Origin: Pyrolobus fumarii 1A
GTDB lineage: Archaea; Thermoproteota; Thermoprotei_A; Sulfolobales; Pyrodictiaceae
NCBI RefSeq assembly: GCF_000223395.1
Contig: NC_015931.1
Span: 1,230,001-1,262,000, forward strand
DNA length: 32,000 nt
Direction: 5' to 3'
Shown here: positions 15,064 to 21,593 of the stretch, piece by piece
Numbering within the stretch: the first letter of the stretch is position 1
How the letters are laid out: each line of letters opens with the position of its first letter
Program-made: the position numbers and the translations under genes
Notes under the pieces: model-generated
Seen by the model: the letters and a program-made list of their open reading frames with translations, nothing else
The model's database searches: none
What the model was told of the DNA's origin: nothing

Positions 15064-16629
15064 ATGCGTATCCTCTATTCTCATCTTTTTACCATCCTTC
15101 TCATACTGGTATTCACGCAGTATGCTTTTGCGTCTCTGATATCGAACTATCCGGGTCAACCCATAGCGTATGAACTCGTGATCAACTTTACACACGCCTC
15201 AGAATCACAAGAGTGGCGCGTTCACATTGAACTTGTAGGATACAACGCAAATTTCACGTGTTCATCGTCTCTGAAGCCTAACCCGCTCTACATGCAGACT
15301 AGGAGTATCTCCCCTCGACTAATCGCCACGTCGTTATACTATGTGCTTGACAGCGTGTGCCCAAAAGTGATAGATGTTTTGAAGAGCGCGAAAAACGGCT
15401 TACTGGAGCTTGTGATGACAGCACCCAAAGACTATGTTGTAAGGAGCGCGCTAGACTGGCGGGGTTACGGGGCACCCGGCGGGCCATACCTACTACCGGT
15501 CACCCTTTTCAAGAGGTACTACATGTATGACGGCATTGTGGTCGCCTATACTAGGGTCTACGAGACGATCGACAATCCGTCGTTGAACCTGAGTATAGTT
15601 CTGCCGAGAGGGTTTAACACTGCACAGCTTGATGCTGTTGTCGAGACTGTAACCGCAGTTAGAAACGGGCTGAGCAGGTGGCTTGGCCCCAGTCCTAGGA
15701 GCCCCGTTGTAATCGTGATCGCTTCGCCAGAGGAGAGTGACTACATGCCTCCCGGTACCGCGCATAGTACAGGAGCCATGCTCTACATAAAACCTGACAT
15801 TGATGTCGACCTGGCTGGTCTAATCCATGCTGTTGCGCATGAATCTGCTCATGGTTGGTTCAACTTTGGGCTATTGTACGGCGACTTTGGGTTCCAAGAG
15901 GGTCTTGCAGAGTTCCTTGCGTTGAACGCGCTCCGTGTATATGCGCCAAGGTTGTTCGGGATAGCAGAACGCTATGTGTTATTCTCGTTGAAGAGCGACG
16001 ATAGGTACGCGACGTGGCTCAAGGTTCATGCTGCCATATGGTACTCTGTGATATACGCGTGCAACGAGAGTTTATACACAGATCTCTTACGTGGTTTGTT
16101 CCGCCAGGCTCTCGCGGAGAACGGCAAGTACGTTACATTGTTCGATTTGATTAACTCCCTTGTGGCACACGCACCACAATATTGTAGACAGAGGCTCAGG
16201 TCTCTGTTAGGCCCTACTCTACTATCCGCTGCCGAGGGTAGTAGCAGCTGGCCGTTCGTGAACACTACTGTGATAGAGGATGCCCTTAGGCTGCTCAACA
16301 GTCCAGTTTCTTCAAACTTCACCGTTAACGGGACGTGTAGAGGACAGCCGCTAGAGGAGCCACCAGCGAGGATTAGCCATACACGCACAGGTGTCAATGA
16401 AATGCCACGCGAAAAAGTTACCCTCAACAGCACCTCAACCGAGAAGAGCGTTACACACGCCCCACAATCGCCTACTCGCACACAGAACGTTGAGAGGGGC
16501 GGACCAGCTGGCAGTTTCTCATTAGAGCCTAGCAGTTCTCTTTACGGGCAAATACCATATCTCGCGCTACTAGCTTTTATAGCGGTGTTTAGCATTTTTG
16601 CGTTTCGTGCGAGAATAAACCGTGAATGA
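15064..16629 (+). CDS. Membrane-anchored extracellular gluzincin (M1-like, peptidase clan MA) zinc metalloprotease, N-glycosylation-sequon rich
   Basis: An N-terminal signal/TM segment is present. The motif HAVAHESAHGWFNFGLLYGDFGFQEGLAEF contains HExxH (15838-15852) followed by a downstream QEGLA. This resembles the M1 HExxHx18E / NEGFA arrangement, but the spacing is 3 residues shorter. There are many NxS/T sequons. The C-terminal TM is IPYLALLAFIAVFSIFAF, with the tail RARINRE. Confidence 0.65.
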   Translation: MRILYSHLFTILLILVFTQYAFASLISNYPGQPIAYELVINFTHASESQEWRVHIELVGYNANFTCSSSLKPNPLYMQTRSISPRLIATSLYYVLDSVCPKVIDVLKSAKNGLLELVMTAPKDYVVRSALDWRGYGAPGGPYLLPVTLFKRYYMYDGIVVAYTRVYETIDNPSLNLSIVLPRGFNTAQLDAVVETVTAVRNGLSRWLGPSPRSPVVIVIASPEESDYMPPGTAHSTGAMLYIKPDIDVDLAGLIHAVAHESAHGWFNFGLLYGDFGFQEGLAEFLALNALRVYAPRLFGIAERYVLFSLKSDDRYATWLKVHAAIWYSVIYACNESLYTDLLRGLFRQALAENGKYVTLFDLINSLVAHAPQYCRQRLRSLLGPTLLSAAEGSSSWPFVNTTVIEDALRLLNSPVSSNFTVNGTCRGQPLEEPPARISHTRTGVNEMPREKVTLNSTSTEKSVTHAPQSPTRTQNVERGGPAGSFSLEPSSSLYGQIPYLALLAFIAVFSIFAFRARINRE

Positions 16630-16693
16630 TTATCTATAGGGAAACCTATGTATCCAGCTTAAAGAGAAGAGTGCGGAGCGGGGCAAGGCTGAA

Positions 16694-17572
16694 ATGTCGT
16701 ACACTACTTCTAAGCCACTGGTAGCATATTACGTTTGTAAGTTTAGGTGTCCCCTTTTCACGCTCACCCGCGAGGCATACACCTTAGCAATGAATACTCC
16801 GTTCTCCGAGGATGCCTGTTTTAATGGCGCGTTCTCCAGTTTGGCTATTCGCATCCTCAGGGTTAACATATCCGTGAACGATGGGTTCACAGAAATCTGG
16901 GCGAGAGTTAGTGGCAAAAAGCAGTTTGTCGAGAGCTATGTAAAGGCGCTTACAAAGGCTAAGGGCATTTACTTTCAACTGATATATGCTAACAGCTTTG
17001 GAAGGATATTGCGCATTCTAGTGCCGAGAGAGTATTGTAAGAATTGCATCGCTAGCCTGGGAGGCGACAACGGGTGGTGCTGCTGTCCTCTACTCTCTGC
17101 CCCAGTAGGGTCAATGGCCAAGACGACAATCATAACTCCCTGCGGCGCGGTATACGAGCTTGTGGTGTCGAAGAGAAGTGTGCTAGAGAAGCTCGAGAAA
17201 ACATGTTGGGACTGCGAGCTCATACTAACACATGCTGTCGACGAGTACGACTATATGCTGACTGAGAAGCAGGAAAGGATTCTCATCGAAGCCTATTTGC
17301 GCGGCTATTTCAGCTTCCCCCGCAAGATTAGCATGAAGGACCTTGCTAAGGAGCTTGGCATGAGCGTCTCGTCGCTAGCCGAACTCCTTAGGAAGGCTGA
17401 GGCTAAGGTGGTTGAAGCGTTTGTTAGACACGAGCTGCCGCATTATCTAGTCGAGCATATAATCAGGAGAGGATCTGAGACTAGCGACATTGTAGGTAAA
17501 CACGCTAGGCGCACACCCAAGGATACTCACAAAGCCGTTGAAGAGGATCGGGCTATACTGGTCAGGAAGTAA
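16694..17572 (+). CDS. Transcriptional regulator with an N-terminal Cys-rich sensor-like domain and a C-terminal HTH_10 (Bat/DmsR/NarO-type) DNA-binding domain
   Basis: The C-terminal segment LTEKQERILIEAYLRGYFSFPRKISMKDLAKELGMSVSSLAELLRKAEAKVVEAF is the classic bacterio-opsin-activator-type HTH. The N-terminal ~190 aa hold clustered cysteines: CKFRCP, CKNC, WCCCP, CWDC. Confidence 0.75.
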   Translation: MSYTTSKPLVAYYVCKFRCPLFTLTREAYTLAMNTPFSEDACFNGAFSSLAIRILRVNISVNDGFTEIWARVSGKKQFVESYVKALTKAKGIYFQLIYANSFGRILRILVPREYCKNCIASLGGDNGWCCCPLLSAPVGSMAKTTIITPCGAVYELVVSKRSVLEKLEKTCWDCELILTHAVDEYDYMLTEKQERILIEAYLRGYFSFPRKISMKDLAKELGMSVSSLAELLRKAEAKVVEAFVRHELPHYLVEHIIRRGSETSDIVGKHARRTPKDTHKAVEEDRAILVRK

Positions 17573-17584
17573 ACACGGCCTCGA

Positions 17585-17608
17585 TTTTTCGAAAAAAGCT
17601 CTATATAT
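17585..17608 (+). promoter_or_regulatory. Perfect 12-nt palindrome TTTTTCGAAAAA (possible terminator or operator) followed by a TATA-like ctatatat
   Basis: The palindrome at 17585-17596 starts 13 nt after the regulator stop; its T5 run could terminate transcription. The 'ctatatat' at 17601-17608 is a plausible TATA box for the 12-TM gene (start 17701). Confidence 0.3.
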
Positions 17609-17700
17609 CCGCACTAACACTGCCCTTGCTGTCTTGATTACGCGTGTAGTACCTGTGTTGTAGTGCATGTTGTTCCCGATTAAACTGCCGCGCTGGTTCT

Positions 17701-19101
17701 GTGTGGCTCTGGGCGTTGATTGTGACGAGGGGCCGCATAGTCAAGATTCACGTTATTGTTGCATACACATTGGTCGCCCTGGTGTTGCTATGGGGTGTCT
17801 TGCTCTCCCCGCCATTTAGAGAGCTTCGTGTAGCGCTTGGGTTTCCTGCTGAGTTGCCCGGCTCGAGGTTTAACGGATGGGCTGCTGAGATTATAGCAAG
17901 TGATATAGAAGATGCGAGTTTTTACCTTGCAAGGGTTTCTCACTATTATCACGTTGTGTTTGCCGCTCTACTCTACGCGTCTCTAGTTCTCAGCGCCGGT
18001 GTACTCGGGGACCGCATACCTCTGAACACGCTGACCTTGGCTCTAGTCGGTGCTTTGATGACGGCGGTTGGTGGTATTGGTTACGCGTATTTTGCCAGGT
18101 TGTTCTATCTTCACGGTTTATTCATAGCTGGGCTCGCGTTTCTCTTCGCGGCTGGCGTGCTTGTCGCACAGAGTCTCTGGAAACCGCGAAGTGAGATTGA
18201 GATCGGGTTGTTTGCTTCTGTACTCTTGTTGCTTATTGGCGGTGTCGTGGGCGGGTATGTTGGAAGTAGCTACATGGACGATAGCCTCGCAGATGCGTTT
18301 GTGAAGGCGAAGATAGCATCCAGGTTCGATCCGGATCTTGGCGAGCACGTGGAAGTTTGGAGAGCCATGACGGGCCACGCGCATGCAATGGTTACACTTG
18401 TTCTCACCGGCTCTATGCTCGTTGGGTTTGCAGCTACCGGGCCGCGGTGGGCTAGGCCGAGATTGGCGAAGCTCAGCCTCTGGGCCGTAACGCTCTCCCT
18501 GGCTGCGACTGCTGTAGGCTCCTATCTTGTCTGGCCTTTAGGCGGCATCGCACACAAGATAATCACACCATCTAGTCTGGTGCTGCTCATTGCCAGTCTT
18601 CTAGCGGCTTTTGCTCTTAGAGCGCCCCCGCCGATGACCGCTGATGGCGCATTGGTACACGGGTTACGTGTAGGTCTGGTCTCAATGTGGCCTCTTGTGG
18701 TGGTGCCAGGGGCTATCGTCGCTGTTAGCCTACACAAGCCCGTCTTCTTTGACCCGCCTATGCGTGACCCCTCCCGCGACTGGGCCGAGCTAGCCTACAG
18801 TATCGGCCATTGGCATATACTACTAGCAGCATGGGGTGTTACACTGCTAATCACTCTGCTAGCTAGCATAGGTAGGAGTAGGCTAGCCGTACTGTCAGCA
18901 TGGCTGGCTGTAGTTGGCTTCCTGGTGGCTAGCGCAGGGGTAAACCTCTACGCTCTCACAGCGCCGCCGGGGGCCTATAGCCCCAACCCTTACGATAATC
19001 TCTGGGTTCGTCTCCTCATAGAGCCGGGATTGACAATCATGGCCTTGGCAGCGATACTTGGGTATGTCGAGGCTCTACGCTGGGCACTCAACAAGCAATG
19101 A
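17701..19101 (+). CDS. Uncharacterised polytopic membrane protein (~12 TM) with paired histidine motifs in TM helices
   Basis: I count twelve hydrophobic stretches by eye. The His pairs are HYYH (aa 81-84, start of TM2), GHAHAM (aa 225-230, start of TM6) and GHWH (aa 369-372, codons 18808-18816, TM10). Single His residues occur at 138, 285, 320 and 345. The start is GTG. I recognise no family. Confidence 0.7.
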   Translation: MWLWALIVTRGRIVKIHVIVAYTLVALVLLWGVLLSPPFRELRVALGFPAELPGSRFNGWAAEIIASDIEDASFYLARVSHYYHVVFAALLYASLVLSAGVLGDRIPLNTLTLALVGALMTAVGGIGYAYFARLFYLHGLFIAGLAFLFAAGVLVAQSLWKPRSEIEIGLFASVLLLLIGGVVGGYVGSSYMDDSLADAFVKAKIASRFDPDLGEHVEVWRAMTGHAHAMVTLVLTGSMLVGFAATGPRWARPRLAKLSLWAVTLSLAATAVGSYLVWPLGGIAHKIITPSSLVLLIASLLAAFALRAPPPMTADGALVHGLRVGLVSMWPLVVVPGAIVAVSLHKPVFFDPPMRDPSRDWAELAYSIGHWHILLAAWGVTLLITLLASIGRSRLAVLSAWLAVVGFLVASAGVNLYALTAPPGAYSPNPYDNLWVRLLIEPGLTIMALAAILGYVEALRWALNKQ

Positions 19102-19239
19102 GCTTCTACACCACTACCTGACAACAAGCACGTACAACTGGAGCTATATGAGGTGTAGCGAGTTGACCTGGCTTTACTCTCGTGCATCACATACTACGTA
19201 CGAGTGGAGAAAATAGAGGGGTCGCGGTTCCGTCCCTTT

Positions 19240-19515
19240 CTACTCTCCTAGTATCTCCTTTACCTCCTGCCTGCCCCTTTCCAGTTCCCTAGCCTGCTCC
19301 GGATCCACCTGTAGGAGGAGATGTAGGAACTCGCCAACGTGCGTTTTCTCCTCACGCGCTATATCCAGGAAGACTCTCCTTATACCCTCATCCTCTATCT
19401 GGGACGCCAATTCTTCATAGAGGTTTATTGCCTCAAGCTCCGCAATTATGGCGGTTCTCAATGCCTGCGCAACCGTCATTTTATGCTCATGCTGCTCGAC
19501 TTGTTTCTGAGTCAA
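19240..19515 (-). CDS. Small two-helix ferritin-like protein (EncFtn/rubrerythrin-like half-ferritin)
   Basis: ALRTAIIAELEAINLYEELA ... FLDIAREEKTHVGEFLHLLLQVDP shows the helix-1 Glu plus helix-2 ExxH di-iron pattern. It resembles encapsulated-ferritin sequences as I remember them. The track start is TTG 19515; ATG 19479 (MTVAQAL...) is an alternative. Confidence 0.65.
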   Translation of the reverse strand: MTQKQVEQHEHKMTVAQALRTAIIAELEAINLYEELASQIEDEGIRRVFLDIAREEKTHVGEFLHLLLQVDPEQARELERGRQEVKEILGE

Positions 19516-19704
19516 GGCGTTCCCCTCGACCTCCTAACTAGTCCGCCTTGCAAAGCTATAGCTCTTTCCTTCGCCATTCGGGCTACATCAAAGCCTAAAT
19601 TCCCGTCTATTACTCGAAGCCCTTCTACTTCCAACTTGTTCGGCTACACGAGACGACGTTACCACATACCATGTTTCAAATCCCATGGTTAGAATTCCTA
19701 ACTT

Positions 19705-19724
19705 ATACTCTCTAGTAGGAGTAT
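19705..19724 (+). promoter_or_regulatory. Inverted repeat ATACTC-N8-GAGTAT upstream of HAO paralog 2, followed by TTAAAT boxes
   Basis: ttATACTCtctagtagGAGTATga gives 6/6 matches, or 7/8 when extended by two bases on each side. 'ggttaaatg' (19751-19759) and 'cattaaatc' (19768-19776) follow. The second box lies ~27 nt upstream of GTG 19803, which suggests a leaderless or short-leader mRNA. Confidence 0.3.
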
Positions 19725-19802
19725 GAGCCGGTTAATGGTCTTTGCTTTATGGTTAAATGAGAATAAGCATTAAATCTGCCTACTAACGGTCTTCGTTCAC
19801 AG

Positions 19803-21476
19803 GTGTTGAAGGGTATGGAAGCAAGGCAAATTCTCGTGTTTGCTATTGTCGCGGTAATCGTTGCCGCCGCAGCATACTTCGCTGGCTATAGCGCTGCCCC
19901 GACAAAGACAGTGACATCCACGGTGGAGTCGGTAGCTACTTTGACAGTGACGAAAACGCAAATGCTTACAGAGACTTACTCGGAGATCCGCACGGTGACA
20001 GTGACTACAACACATACGGTTGTAAAGCGAGTCGGCTTCATGCCAAAACAGATAAACGTCCAGGAGGAGGTCAAGAAGATTATGAATAAGCTATCGCCGC
20101 AGAGCAGGGCGTGCGTAAACTGCCACATGAGATACACTCCCGGCATAGTCGCCGACTGGCTGATGAGCAAGCACGCGCGTGTAACGCCAGCCGAGGCCTG
20201 GAAGAAGCCGGAGCTTCAGCGTGAGATATCCGCCCTACCACCGGAGAACATGAGGGATTACATCGTCGGCTGTTACGAGTGCCACGGCCTAAACCCGGAC
20301 AAGCACCCAGATACCTTCGAGCACTTTGGCTTTAAGATCCACACTATAGTGACGCCGCCGGATTGCGCCGTCTGTCACCCCGTGGAGGTCGAGGAGTACG
20401 GCAGGAGCGTGAAGGCACACGCTCACAACAACCTGGTGAAGAACCCGGTGTACATGCTGCTCGTCAACGCCTCAACACAGATAAACATGTTTGGCATCAA
20501 GGCGGGCTACCATCTGGCTGTTGAGAGCGCCTGCTTCGCCTGCCACGGTGCGAAGGTAGAGTTCGTCGGCCTGAAGGAGATCCAGGTGGGCAATCTCAAG
20601 CTAAAGGTGCCAGTCTACAAGGGCTGGCCGAACCACGGTGTGGGCAGAGTAAACCCGGATGGCAGCGAGGGCTCTTGTACAGCATGCCACCCGAGACACG
20701 CCTTTAGCATCGAGGTTGCACGCAGCCCATACACCTGCTCCCAGTGCCACCTAGACCCAGACGTCCCAGCCTTCGACGTCTGGAAGGAGAGCAAGCACGG
20801 CAACATATTCCTAGCACAGTGGAAGACTTACAACATGACTGCTGTGCCATGGGTGCCTGGCAGAGACTTCCGCGCGCCATCCTGCGCGGTCTGCCACTTC
20901 TCGCTACTAGTCGATAAGAATGGCAACGTGATAGCTCCCAGGACGCACGACGTAGGCTCAAGGATATGGATTAGGCTCTTCGGCGTCTATGCGCACCCGC
21001 AGCCGAAGATTGGCGAGACGTGGAAGATTAAGAACAAGGATGGTCTGCCGCTCCCATACTCGCTGCTGGACGCCGAGCCAGCCTGGGACTATGTGATCAG
21101 CAAGGAGGAGATGGCGAAGAGACGCGAGCAGATGATAAAGATTTGTAGTGCGTGCCACTCGGAGAACTACGCTAGAGAGAGGATAGCGTGGTTCGAGGGC
21201 GTTGTCAACGAGACTAACAAGGCGATACTGGCGTCCACCCAGCTACTCGTAGAGGCATGGAAGAAGGGTGTCGCCAAGGGCCTGCTGACCGGCGACAACC
21301 CGTTCGACGAGTACATCGAGAGACTGTGGATAGAGACTTGGCTATTCTACGCTAACAGCATCAGATATGGCGCCGCGATGAACGGCCCAGACTGGACGAC
21401 GTTCAAGAGAGGCTGGTACCAGCTAACCAGGACGCTCGGCGAGATGCAGATGCTAATAGAGCTGCACGGAAAGTAA
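19803..21476 (+). CDS. Octahaem c-type cytochrome of the HAO family with an N-terminal TM anchor and Thr-rich linker (paralog 2)
   Basis: Eight CxxCH motifs are present: CVNCH, CYECH, CAVCH, CFACH, CTACH, CSQCH, CAVCH, CSACH. The HAO block is YKGWPNHGVGRVNPDGSEGSCTACHPRHAFSIEVARSPYTCSQCHLDPDVPAFDVWKESKHGN. The anchor is ILVFAIVAVIVAAAAYFAGY and the Thr/Val linker spans 19899-20018. The start is GTG 19803 or ATG 19815. Confidence 0.85.
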   Translation: MLKGMEARQILVFAIVAVIVAAAAYFAGYSAAPTKTVTSTVESVATLTVTKTQMLTETYSEIRTVTVTTTHTVVKRVGFMPKQINVQEEVKKIMNKLSPQSRACVNCHMRYTPGIVADWLMSKHARVTPAEAWKKPELQREISALPPENMRDYIVGCYECHGLNPDKHPDTFEHFGFKIHTIVTPPDCAVCHPVEVEEYGRSVKAHAHNNLVKNPVYMLLVNASTQINMFGIKAGYHLAVESACFACHGAKVEFVGLKEIQVGNLKLKVPVYKGWPNHGVGRVNPDGSEGSCTACHPRHAFSIEVARSPYTCSQCHLDPDVPAFDVWKESKHGNIFLAQWKTYNMTAVPWVPGRDFRAPSCAVCHFSLLVDKNGNVIAPRTHDVGSRIWIRLFGVYAHPQPKIGETWKIKNKDGLPLPYSLLDAEPAWDYVISKEEMAKRREQMIKICSACHSENYARERIAWFEGVVNETNKAILASTQLLVEAWKKGVAKGLLTGDNPFDEYIERLWIETWLFYANSIRYGAAMNGPDWTTFKRGWYQLTRTLGEMQMLIELHGK

Positions 21477-21512
21477 GCAAATCATTTCGCGATACTCCCC
21501 ACGCCCGCGTTC

Positions 21513-21545
21513 TTTTTCCCCCTTTCTACAGCTTGCCTTGCAAGC
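21513..21545 (+). terminator. T5 run plus a short hairpin (gcttgc-ctt-gcaagc) downstream of HAO paralog 2
   Basis: 'tctttttccccctttc' begins 35 nt after the stop codon. The 6-bp inverted repeat lies at 21531-21545. Confidence 0.35.
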
Positions 21546-21593
21546 TTCTCCCTTTTCGACGAGGTATGCACCATACCCGCGGCATAACCTTGC

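Noticed and set aside
17701-19101. Calling the 12-TM His-motif protein a NorB/haem-copper-oxidase subunit I homologue.
   Set aside because: Only the size, the TM count and the HxH patterns are reminiscent of that family. The canonical helix VI/VII signatures (W..H..VE, GHHY-type) and the inter-motif spacing are absent. I kept it as a hypothesis in the findings, not as an annotation.
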